Below are positions 55,575-63,844 of a DNA stretch of 64,000 nucleotides, one piece after another. Position numbers and translations under genes: made by a program. Below the pieces are notes generated by a model. The model ran no database searches and was not told the DNA's origin. It worked only from the letters and a program-made list of their open reading frames with translations. The number at the start of each line of letters is the position of its first letter. Position 1 is the stretch's first letter. Location: the NCBI GenBank assembly GCA_031286165.1, contig JAITUU010000005.1, positions 20,669 to 84,668 on the forward strand. The letters run 5' to 3'. This DNA comes from Bacteroidales bacterium (GTDB taxonomy: Bacteria > Bacteroidota > Bacteroidia > Bacteroidales > UBA1715).

Positions 55575-55608
55575 AATGCAGGGATAATGTATTCATTCCT
55601 GCATTTTT
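55575..55608 (+). terminator. rho-independent terminator after the E1 gene
   Basis: aatgcagg (55575-55582) pairs with cctgcatt (55598-55605), then TTT. Confidence 0.65.
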
Positions 55609-55652
55609 CGATTTTGCACAATCCGTTTATGGGTAGTTTGTGGATTTTTTTG

Positions 55653-55660
55653 TAGATTTG
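55653..55660 (+). promoter_or_regulatory. -7 box TAnnTTTG for the R-M pair
   Basis: tagatttg, 17 nt upstream of ATG 55678. Confidence 0.5.
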
Positions 55661-55677
55661 CGAGAAAATGTATCGTT

Positions 55678-56367
55678 ATGACAAATACAATTTACAACGA
55701 AAACGAGTTTATACAGGCACTCGAAGAATCGTTCAAAATGTACAAACTGCATGGTGCTCGGAGCACGGCAAAACTCAAACCTATCCACAAATTTGTGGCT
55801 GACACGTTGGTAAAAATTTTCGGAAACGGGTTTGATGTTCATTTTCTGGGCGATAACAACAAGGAAATGACTGTTGTCGGAAAATATTATCCCAAAGATG
55901 TGGATATTACGATTTCAAAAGGAGGCGAAGCCGTTTTTTGTTTGGGAATCAAGTTTGTAACCTCCAATTACAAGCAAAATGCCAACAACTATTTTGAGAA
56001 TATGATGGGCGAAACGGCAAACATTCAAGCAACGCAAATTCCTTACGCTCAACTCATTATTCTTCGCCACGAAACGCCTTATTACAAAAAAAACGAAACC
56101 GAATTGTCGGCAAAAACTGAAATTATCAACGATAAAGATATAGCCAAATATCTGAAATTGATGTATGACCAAGCACAGGCGCACCGCCCGAATTATCTGG
56201 GTATTTTGCTGATAAACATTGACGAAAAAACAGGAAACGTTTCGGTAACAGATTTGGAAAACTCATTTTCGGACGAAACGATTAAATTTCTGAAAAATAA
56301 GTTGGCATTGTCGAATTTCTTCGCAGAAATAGAAAGCTATAAAGATTATCTAAAACTTGGAAAGTAA
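55678..56367 (+). CDS. putative type II restriction endonuclease (PD-(D/E)XK-like), partner of the downstream methyltransferase
   Basis: The call rests mostly on context. It is translationally coupled (TAATG) to an N6-adenine MTase and is AT-rich. PKDVDITISKGGEAVFCLGIKFV resembles a PD...(D/E)xK core but is not canonical. Confidence 0.45.
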   Translation: MTNTIYNENEFIQALEESFKMYKLHGARSTAKLKPIHKFVADTLVKIFGNGFDVHFLGDNNKEMTVVGKYYPKDVDITISKGGEAVFCLGIKFVTSNYKQNANNYFENMMGETANIQATQIPYAQLIILRHETPYYKKNETELSAKTEIINDKDIAKYLKLMYDQAQAHRPNYLGILLINIDEKTGNVSVTDLENSFSDETIKFLKNKLALSNFFAEIESYKDYLKLGK

Positions 56368-57860
56368 TGGCAAGTTTGCAAAAAACATACTCGCAGGAAA
56401 AAAAGTTTGGTCAGGTTTATACGCCAAACTTTGTGGTGTGCAAAATTTTGGACGATGTAGGTTACAATTCGCCCAAAATGTTGGGCAAAACCATCATTGA
56501 CCCCGCGTGTGGAGATGGACGTTTTTTGACCGAAATTGTGAAACGAATTGTTGCACTTTCGCCCCAAAATGAGTTGCAAAAAAATCTCGAATGTGTGTAT
56601 GGTTGGGATATTGACGAACATGCAATTTCCGAATGTATTACAAATTTGAACCATCTTATTACTGATAAAAATGTTGATATTCAATGGAATATAAGCGCAA
56701 GTGATTCAATCAAAAAATACGAGAAAAATAGTTTATTTGCCACTTCCAAATCACAAAAATTCAATTTTATTGTGGGAAATCCGCCTTATATTCGTATTCA
56801 ACATTTGGATTTGGAACAACGAAATTATATACAGCAAAATTATGATTTCTGCAAAAGTGGCTCAACGGACATTTATATTGCTTTTTTTGAATTGTGTATC
56901 AATCTGTTACAAGAAAATGGCGTATGTGGTTTGATCACACCCAATACGTTTTTATTTACCGAAACAGCACGACCTTTGCGATTGTATTTTGCTGAAAATA
57001 AAAACCTTGTGCAAATAACCAATTACGGTGATATTCAGTTGTTTAACGATGCCACAACCTATTCTGCCATAACGATTTTCAATAAACATAAAAATCAGAA
57101 TTTCAAATTTCAAAAAGCAATTTCCGAAACCACGTTTGAAGAAAAAACAGTCGATTTTTCAGAATTAAAAGAACCATTTTGGCAACTCACAACAGATAAA
57201 TCAGAAGTTGTTAAAGGGAAAAAATTAAAGGAAATTTGCAATATTCACGTTGGCGTTACCACCCTTTGCGATAGTGCGTATATTTTTACGGTTGAAGAAA
57301 TTGATAATGATTTTGTGTGGGCAAACACGCGATTAAAAGGTACGGTGAAAATAGAAAAATCTATTTTGAAACCAATTATAAAAGGCTCTAAATTAAAACA
57401 TTCCGAAGAAAAAATCAAGGAATACATCCTTTTTCCATATAAAAAAGTAAACGAAAAAAACACGATTATTCCTGAAACGGAACTGAAAAAAAACTTTCCT
57501 TTTGCTTACGAATATTTGTGTTCCGTAAAATCGGATTTAGACAAACGCGATAACGGAAAACCGAATCCGGTGGCTTGGTATGCTTTCGGGCGAAGTCAGG
57601 GTTTGGACACAAGTTTTGGCGAGAAAATTATTTTTTCGCCAATGAACGAAAAACCGAATTTTGTTTATTATTCAAACCCGGAATGTACCTTTTATTCGGG
57701 CTATTGTATCAAAAAAATCAACGGTTTCAGTATTGAAAAGTTAATGCAACAACTCAATTCCGACAGAATGGATAAATTTGTATCCATGTCGAGCCGCGAT
57801 TTTCGCGGAGGTTGGAAGGCATACAATAAAAAAGTGATTGAAAATTATGAAATTGTGTAA
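56367..57860 (+). CDS. gamma-class N6-adenine DNA methyltransferase (Eco57I/TaqI-like)
   Basis: GQVYTPNFVV...IDPACGDGRFL (SAM motif I)...FIVGNPPYIRIQ (NPPY motif IV), then a C-terminal TaqI-like target-recognition region. Confidence 0.85.
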   Translation: MASLQKTYSQEKKFGQVYTPNFVVCKILDDVGYNSPKMLGKTIIDPACGDGRFLTEIVKRIVALSPQNELQKNLECVYGWDIDEHAISECITNLNHLITDKNVDIQWNISASDSIKKYEKNSLFATSKSQKFNFIVGNPPYIRIQHLDLEQRNYIQQNYDFCKSGSTDIYIAFFELCINLLQENGVCGLITPNTFLFTETARPLRLYFAENKNLVQITNYGDIQLFNDATTYSAITIFNKHKNQNFKFQKAISETTFEEKTVDFSELKEPFWQLTTDKSEVVKGKKLKEICNIHVGVTTLCDSAYIFTVEEIDNDFVWANTRLKGTVKIEKSILKPIIKGSKLKHSEEKIKEYILFPYKKVNEKNTIIPETELKKNFPFAYEYLCSVKSDLDKRDNGKPNPVAWYAFGRSQGLDTSFGEKIIFSPMNEKPNFVYYSNPECTFYSGYCIKKINGFSIEKLMQQLNSDRMDKFVSMSSRDFRGGWKAYNKKVIENYEIV

Positions 57861-57921
57861 AGCCCCCCAAACTATTTCAAGAAGCGATTACAAATTTGGA
57901 GGATTTTTGGAAGAAATAACT

Positions 57922-58413
57922 ATGAACAGACCCGAAAAACTATATACAAGCCTCGAAAACTTGAACATTCCGTTTGAGTACATAGAACACCCGGCAGCGC
58001 ACACGGTGGAAGAAGGACTGAGGTATTTAAGCGGAGTTGATGCCTTGCTCTGCAAAAATCTCTTTTTCCGCAATCACAAAGGCAATCGGCACTATTTGGT
58101 GGTGTTGGCATTCAGTAGTGTGCTGGACATTCACGCGCTGGAAAAACGCTTGGGGCAAGGAAAGTTGAGTTTCGCTTCGGAACAGCGTATGGACAAATAT
58201 TTGGGCGTAAAACCCGGCTCGGTTACGCCCTTTGGCTTGATACACGACACAGAACATCACGTTCATGTGTTTTTGGATAAAAAACTGCAACACGCCGCGC
58301 GGCTCTGCTTCCACCCGTTGGTAAACACTGCCACTTTAGTACTCTCGCAGACGGATTTCCTCCGATTTATGGACTCCACGCACAACGTCTATGAGTGGGT
58401 AGAAGTTTCGTGA
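57922..58413 (+). CDS. YbaK/ProX-type aminoacyl-tRNA deacylase domain protein
   Basis: LENLNIPFEYIEHPAAHTVEEG...LCKNLFFRNHKGNRHYLVV...KPGSVTPFGL. Internal ATG of track ORF 57838..58413. Confidence 0.75.
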   Translation: MNRPEKLYTSLENLNIPFEYIEHPAAHTVEEGLRYLSGVDALLCKNLFFRNHKGNRHYLVVLAFSSVLDIHALEKRLGQGKLSFASEQRMDKYLGVKPGSVTPFGLIHDTEHHVHVFLDKKLQHAARLCFHPLVNTATLVLSQTDFLRFMDSTHNVYEWVEVS

Positions 58414-58482
58414 TTGGATAATCGTAATTAACTTCGTTGAACAACATGTTTCGTAATTTTTAATTCATAATTTTATATATCT

Positions 58483-58881
58483 ATGCTCAAAATACCTCAA
58501 ACCATTGCCGATGAAATGATACGTCAAGCGCAACGCGAACTGCCCAACGAGGCGTGCGGACTGCTTACCGGCGTGAACGGCGAAGTGCTGGCGCAGCACC
58601 CGCTTACCAACATTGACCATAGTCCCGAACATTTTTCCTTCGACCCGCAGGAGCAATTTGCGGTGATGAAACAAGCGCGTGCCGCCGGACACAAAATCAT
58701 AGCCAACTATCACAGCCACCCCGAAACACCCGCTCGACCTTCGGAAGAAGATAAACGCTTGGCGTTCGACCCGAACGTAGTGTATATTATTATTTCCCTT
58801 GCTGCCGAAACGCCTACCATGAAAGCATTCTCTTCGGACGGAAAAGGCGCAATGCAAGCAGTGGATATTGTGTTTGTGTGA
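58483..58881 (+). CDS. JAMM/MPN+ (Mov34) metallopeptidase
   Basis: NEACGLL (Glu) ... HSHPETPARPSEED (H-x-H-x7-S-x2-D); 132 aa. Confidence 0.85.
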   Translation: MLKIPQTIADEMIRQAQRELPNEACGLLTGVNGEVLAQHPLTNIDHSPEHFSFDPQEQFAVMKQARAAGHKIIANYHSHPETPARPSEEDKRLAFDPNVVYIIISLAAETPTMKAFSSDGKGAMQAVDIVFV

Positions 58882-58886
58882 TTTTG

Positions 58887-59327
58887 CTACAACTGCAAAC
58901 GCACAAGACTCTCGTTTTCAATTTTATACAATCGTTGATTGGTCGTAGCACTGCGCAAATCGCCCAATTCTTCGCAGTACTCCCCTATTTTTATGTAGTC
59001 AAAATGAAGAAGCGCGTGCGTGTACATTTCCGACTTTCCAGAATACCATGCCGTTTTTTTCGATTGTTTGCGCACACATTGCGACAATTGCAACACTTCG
59101 TGCGGAGCGGCATCGCCACCCATAAAACACACACAGGTAACGGCATTGCCGTAGGTTGCAAGCAAATGCTCCACCACTCCTTCCGTTAAATGCTCGCCGC
59201 AGTCGGTTTGTAAATGCGGACTATGGCAGCCCTTACACCTATTCGGGCAACCCGAAATATTGAGCGCAAGCGTTACCTCTCCCGGAATTTCCTGAAACAC
59301 AATATCGAAACTACAAAACTTCATCAA
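58887..59327 (-). CDS. nrdG: anaerobic ribonucleotide reductase activating protein (radical SAM)
   Basis: NISGCPNRCKGCHSP is the CxxxCxxC cluster. It lies directly downstream of nrdD. Confidence 0.85.
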   Translation of the reverse strand: MMKFCSFDIVFQEIPGEVTLALNISGCPNRCKGCHSPHLQTDCGEHLTEGVVEHLLATYGNAVTCVCFMGGDAAPHEVLQLSQCVRKQSKKTAWYSGKSEMYTHALLHFDYIKIGEYCEELGDLRSATTNQRLYKIENESLVRLQL

Positions 59328-59338
59328 TTACGTAATTT

Positions 59339-61426
59339 TTAATTCGTCATTGAACTATAAAATCGCTGCTCCGCTTCTTTTTGGCGAGGGAGCGAAAAAT
59401 TACTCACTCGTTTCATATAGCCAATAATTCTTGTAAGTTTGTCAATATCTTCACTCTGGCACGAAGGGCAGTTTTTTACATTGCGTTTATCTATGTGTCC
59501 GCAACTATTGCACACGGTGTTTGGAATATTAAAGGTAAAATAATTACAACCTTCGTGGGTAGCCACGCGAAGCAATTGACGGTACTGCGCCTTACTCAAA
59601 TGCTCCTCCAAATTCAAGTGAAGAGCCGAACCTCCCGTGAGATGTTCTATATAATTTCTGCCGTGCAAGCGGAATTTATCAATTATATTGAGCGAAGAAT
59701 CCTCTACTATGAAAAAATAACTGTTGTAGCAATCGCGATTTACCACATACCCCGCTTCTTTGTCCCATTTTGCGTGTTTCACACCCACATTTTCGGCAGG
59801 AATCATTTCACAGTTGAACATTCTGTCGTTGGTGCGATATTTTTTGTTATACATTTCTATCAACCCCAGCACTTTGCCCACAAATTCGGTATAGGCGGCA
59901 TTGTCGGTAATTGCAATTCCCAAAAATTCGGCTGCTTCTACCAAGCCATTCACACCAATGGTGAGATATTGCCGTCCTAAATTAATATAACCGGCATCGA
60001 AGAGCGGCAACATTCCTTTTTCGTGCAAATATTTTAAATTTTCGTTGTACGCCACTTGCGCTTTGTGCGCCAAATCTATCACTTCTTCCAAAAAGAACAA
60101 ATAATGCCCACCTTCGCGAGCGGCTTTTTGCACGCAGCGATTCAAATTAATGGTAAGCACACTTTTCGACCCGGTGGAAACACCGCCGGCACCGAGTGTA
60201 TAGGAAAAACCATTGTCGGTAATTTCATTGCGCAAGCGGCAACAACTGCTCAAACTATCGGCTTTATCGCTCATGTAGGTAAAAAACGAGTGCCCTTCGG
60301 CATACATTTCGGCGGTAAAATCGCCGTATTCCGTATCTTTCACATCACCATTTTCGGTCAAAAGTGCCATAGTTTCCACCGGAAAAGTCAATACCGAGCG
60401 CGTGCGTTCTTGATTGAACCATTTCATAAAGCGTTTTTGCAACCACGAAAGCGATTCCCAATGTGGTTTTGTGCCGTTTGGAAACACAAATTCGCCAAAC
60501 AAACTCTCAAAATAATAGCGGTCGTAGTAGGAAATATTCCAAAACACCGCTTGAAAATTTCGCGCACCACTCGGTTGATTGATAGAATACACAATTTGCT
60601 CGAAGCAATCGGTAATTACCTTATCCACAGTGCGCTGTTTGAGCGAAAGGTCGGCTTGTTTTTGGGGATTTTGAAAATAATCGGCACCGTATTCCAATCC
60701 TATAAAATAATTCAAATAGAGTAAAAACTCCGGTGTGGCGCAGGCTCCGCTGAGCATACTCGAAACCATGAACACCATATTCACAAATCCGCCGCAAAAC
60801 GACTTCAAATTCGTGGGTGCTTTGGAATTGCCGCCAATAGACATAGTGCCGCCTATCAACCATGGGTACATGGTAATGCTGGCGCAGTAATTCGCAAGGC
60901 TTGTTTCATCATTTTTATAAATAAAATGATTATTAAGCAAATCTATATACTTATCAGCCAACTCCTTACCATACATTTCTTTTATACGGTCGGTAAGCAA
61001 GCGGCGATTGAGGCGAATGAAATTCGATTTTGGGAGTTCACCTATCAAAGTAGCCAAATTTTTGTGTTCCACATTGGCATTGGCATCGTATTTACTACCG
61101 GTAGCGGCATTGCTGGCATTGCAGTACTCTATCAAAAAATTCAAATTATCGCGCAAACTGCGGTCTTCGCTGTGTTTTTGGCGATAGAGCATATACGATT
61201 TTGCCACAGCATAGTAGCGTTCTGCCATGAGCGCAGTTTCCACTTGATTTTGCACGTCTTCCACCGTAGTATTGTTCGATATATTGAGGCGGCACAAAAT
61301 GTTGGTCAAAACCTCATCGGAGGCAAAACAACCCACCGAAAGAAAGGCTTTTGAAATAGCATTTTTAATTTTTTGCAGCGAAAACAGTTCTCGTTCGCCG
61401 TTGCGTTTTACAATGTAGAGTTCCAT
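59339..61426 (-). CDS. nrdD: anaerobic ribonucleoside-triphosphate reductase (class III)
   Basis: N-terminal ATP-cone VKRNGERELFSLQKIKNAI; C-terminal zinc site CNSCGH...CPSC and glycyl-radical segment LTRIIGYMKRVSNF. Confidence 0.93.
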   Translation of the reverse strand: MELYIVKRNGERELFSLQKIKNAISKAFLSVGCFASDEVLTNILCRLNISNNTTVEDVQNQVETALMAERYYAVAKSYMLYRQKHSEDRSLRDNLNFLIEYCNASNAATGSKYDANANVEHKNLATLIGELPKSNFIRLNRRLLTDRIKEMYGKELADKYIDLLNNHFIYKNDETSLANYCASITMYPWLIGGTMSIGGNSKAPTNLKSFCGGFVNMVFMVSSMLSGACATPEFLLYLNYFIGLEYGADYFQNPQKQADLSLKQRTVDKVITDCFEQIVYSINQPSGARNFQAVFWNISYYDRYYFESLFGEFVFPNGTKPHWESLSWLQKRFMKWFNQERTRSVLTFPVETMALLTENGDVKDTEYGDFTAEMYAEGHSFFTYMSDKADSLSSCCRLRNEITDNGFSYTLGAGGVSTGSKSVLTINLNRCVQKAAREGGHYLFFLEEVIDLAHKAQVAYNENLKYLHEKGMLPLFDAGYINLGRQYLTIGVNGLVEAAEFLGIAITDNAAYTEFVGKVLGLIEMYNKKYRTNDRMFNCEMIPAENVGVKHAKWDKEAGYVVNRDCYNSYFFIVEDSSLNIIDKFRLHGRNYIEHLTGGSALHLNLEEHLSKAQYRQLLRVATHEGCNYFTFNIPNTVCNSCGHIDKRNVKNCPSCQSEDIDKLTRIIGYMKRVSNFSLPRQKEAEQRFYSSMTN

Positions 61427-61597
61427 GTGTGTGTGTTTATATGTTTGTAAGTCTGTAAGTCAATTAATTTGTGTTCAAGAGAAAAAAAACAGACTACCAG
61501 CATCGTAAAAAACTGAATAGTTTGCTCCTTTCGCCCGAAGGTTCAATCTTATATGGTTTGCAACATCGGCAGGTTTTCAGACTTACTCTTTTTTGCG

Positions 61598-61830
61598 AAA
61601 CGCCTTCCCGAAATCAGTTGAAAACTGAAAATTGAACATTGAAAGTTTCTCACTCTCAATTCTCCGTTCTCAATTCTCCACTTATGTATCAGTGGCTCAT
61701 TGTTTCGTTTTTTTCAAATACAAATTCGTAATTGAACAAAGTTTACTGCTACGGGGATAGTTCCTGATTTTCACAAGATTCCCTTTTAATCTCTCACTGC
61801 GCCGAGCGCAGGTATTGAGAACCAAAATGG
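61598..61830 (-). promoter_or_regulatory. cobalamin (B12) riboswitch in the nrdDG leader
   Basis: The minus strand reads ...ctgcgctcggcgcag..ATTAAAAGGGAATcttGTGAAAATCaggaaCTATCCCCGTAGCAGTAAac...atGAGCCACTGat...CGGGAAGGCg. These are the conserved core, the B12 box (GCCACTG at 61690..61696) and the GGGAAGGC element of the cobalamin riboswitch. Confidence 0.75.
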
Positions 61831-61837
61831 TGCATTA

Positions 61838-61845
61838 CAAAAGTA
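61838..61845 (-). promoter_or_regulatory. -7 box TAnnTTTG driving the riboswitch-nrdDG transcript
   Basis: The minus strand reads tacttttg, just upstream of the riboswitch 5' end. Confidence 0.55.
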
Positions 61846-61920
61846 GATATTTTCTCATTCTCACACAAAAAAAAGCCGCACGAAGTATTAACACATTTAT
61901 GAACAAAACGCTGTTTTATT

Positions 61921-62931
61921 CTACTTTTTTTCCACAAAATACAGCAACTCTCTATGATTATCTCCAAAATCCGTTTTCCCTGAATTGAAGAATTTGTACT
62001 TTTCTTCAAAAACTTGTACAGCCCCAACTTTTCCCAAAATACGCTCAATTTCTTCTTTGGTTATTTTATTAATTGTTGCACCACTTTTAGCACTATATGT
62101 ATTATTGTACGACAATACAATATATTTGCAATGTGCATTTAGAACTAAATCTTCCAACGCATCTTTTGCTTTTGCTTTGGAATACTCACTCATTCTATTC
62201 TCTCGCTCCATTTTTAGTGTTTTACCAAAAACTTGTGGTTGTTTCCATTCTGCTAAATTTTCTAAAACATGATAAAAATTCACATATTGACGGGCATTGT
62301 AAGGTGGGTCCAAATAAAGTAAATCACAACGTATTTCTTTTATAAGTTCATTTGCATTTTGATTATAAATCGTTGCTTTTGCTTCATATTTTCTAATGTC
62401 CAACATTTTCAAAATGATTTCTTTATTTTGAGGTTGTTTTGTCAAAAAAGCCTCAAAATGCCCTACTGTATTTGCAATTCTATCAGCAGTATAAAGCAAC
62501 GACGAGAGTAAAATATAAAATTCTCTATCATTTAGGTTATTGCGATTTTTCTCTAAATGAATGCGTATGGAACCAAGTTGTTTTGCATTTTTTTCTGAAA
62601 AATATGTGTTTGAGAACGTTTGATTACAATAATTATCAACAATGTATTCGGTTGAATGGTTGTAATAATCCAAATATGCTTGAACCTTGTTTGCATCATA
62701 ATTCTCAAAAGAGAACCACGCATTGTAAAACACAAAATTTGAATATAAAAAATCATTAAAAATCACATCTTTACTTTGCGAAAGAAAGTAATTTCCTACA
62801 ACACCCGTTCCGGCAAATATGTCGCACACAGAACGATACTCAACATTTCGTTGCAACAATGTATTCTCAATAAAACTAAGCAATTTATATTTATTGCCAA
62901 TGTATCTGCGATTTTGGATTTGATATGTCAT
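61921..62931 (-). CDS. alpha-class (D12/Dam-family) N6-adenine DNA methyltransferase
   Basis: NRRYIGNKYKLLSFI...VCDIFAGTGVVG (FxGxG)...LLYLDPPYNARQY (DPPY). Very AT-rich. Confidence 0.8.
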   Translation of the reverse strand: MTYQIQNRRYIGNKYKLLSFIENTLLQRNVEYRSVCDIFAGTGVVGNYFLSQSKDVIFNDFLYSNFVFYNAWFSFENYDANKVQAYLDYYNHSTEYIVDNYCNQTFSNTYFSEKNAKQLGSIRIHLEKNRNNLNDREFYILLSSLLYTADRIANTVGHFEAFLTKQPQNKEIILKMLDIRKYEAKATIYNQNANELIKEIRCDLLYLDPPYNARQYVNFYHVLENLAEWKQPQVFGKTLKMERENRMSEYSKAKAKDALEDLVLNAHCKYIVLSYNNTYSAKSGATINKITKEEIERILGKVGAVQVFEEKYKFFNSGKTDFGDNHRELLYFVEKK

Positions 62932-63844
62932 AATTTGTTACTAACACCTCTCGTTCATTTGCGTAACGGTCTTTTTTATTGTAACTTGAAGAACTGTAAT
63001 GATATTTAATCTCTATTACGTTAAATCCGTTATTTTTTATCCAATTTTCTAAAAGAATATTTTTTGCTCCATTTTTTTCGAGCACATTCGATAGTGCAAA
63101 TTTTATGTTATTTCGATTAAGATATGACAAACAATCCAAAAGTTCAAATTCCGACACATCATTCCACCCATTATTTTCTGTATAAGTTGCTGTGGTTAGC
63201 AAATACGGAGGGTCTATATACACAAAATCATTCTCTTGATACTTTACATCATGCAACACACTGAAATCAGCCATTCTAAAATCAATGGCTTTATTCTCCG
63301 TTCCATTTTTGAATGATAAAAGTTTCTGTTTTTTATTTTTATTAAAATCGGTTTTTCCTATCGGCATATTAAATTGATTCTTTGAGTTAAATCGCAAATC
63401 ATTATTAAAACAAAACATCAATAATACGTACAAATAAAATGACTTTATATCATAATTTTCAAAATCGGTTTTATTAAAATACTCTCGCAACTGCAAATAT
63501 CCTTCTTGATTGTAATATTTAAGTCCATTATTATCTTTCACATATTCTTTATACTCATCGCAACCATATTTATCACTATAAGAAAGTCCAAAATCAACAA
63601 TAATTTGTTCTATGGTTTCTAATATACTATTCGTGTCAAATTTTTTGAGTGTTTTGAGCAAATTTATTACATGGTCATTTTTGTCGTAACAAATAATATT
63701 GCGTGCGTTTACATTAAGCCCCACACTACACCCTCCGCAGCAAATATCGTAAAATGTATTAATTTTTTCGGGGAATAAAGGCAGCAACTGGTCTAACAAA
63801 CGAAATTTATTGCCGGTGTAATTTAATGGACTTTCTATTTTCAT
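62891..63844 (-). CDS. alpha-class (D12/Dam-family) N6-adenine DNA methyltransferase
   Basis: PLNYTGNKFRLLDQLLPLFP...FYDICCGGCSVG...FVYIDPPYLLTTATY. It overlaps the next MTase gene by 41 nt. Confidence 0.85.
   Translation of the reverse strand: MKIESPLNYTGNKFRLLDQLLPLFPEKINTFYDICCGGCSVGLNVNARNIICYDKNDHVINLLKTLKKFDTNSILETIEQIIVDFGLSYSDKYGCDEYKEYVKDNNGLKYYNQEGYLQLREYFNKTDFENYDIKSFYLYVLLMFCFNNDLRFNSKNQFNMPIGKTDFNKNKKQKLLSFKNGTENKAIDFRMADFSVLHDVKYQENDFVYIDPPYLLTTATYTENNGWNDVSEFELLDCLSYLNRNNIKFALSNVLEKNGAKNILLENWIKNNGFNVIEIKYHYSSSSYNKKDRYANEREVLVTNYDISNPKSQIHWQ

Noticed and set aside
54731-55621. 296-aa minus-strand ORF covering the whole E1 gene. Similar long antisense ORFs lie at 7531..8250, 14089..14880, 42018..42824, 53165..54013, 60056..60724, 37256..37825 and 49372..49998.
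   Set aside because: Each lies antisense to a gene with strong family motifs. Their translations are R/H/C/F-rich with no recognisable domains, and they lack a promoter box. They are typical shadow ORFs.
54546-58881. Ubiquitin-like conjugation anti-phage system (Bil / type II CBASS Cap2-Cap3-like), considered because of the Ubl + E1 + JAMM genes next to R-M genes.
   Set aside because: There is no E2-like domain, CD-NTase or effector. The E1 is a short MoeB/ThiF type with the zinc tetrad, and the operon shares an operator with the cysE/tusA/dsrE promoter. A sulfur-carrier role is the better-supported reading. I did not exclude the alternative experimentally.
61794-62048. 84-aa minus-strand ORF between the methyltransferase gene and the riboswitch.
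   Set aside because: It overlaps the 3' end of the methyltransferase CDS and runs across the nrdDG promoter box and the riboswitch 5' end. It shows no coding features.
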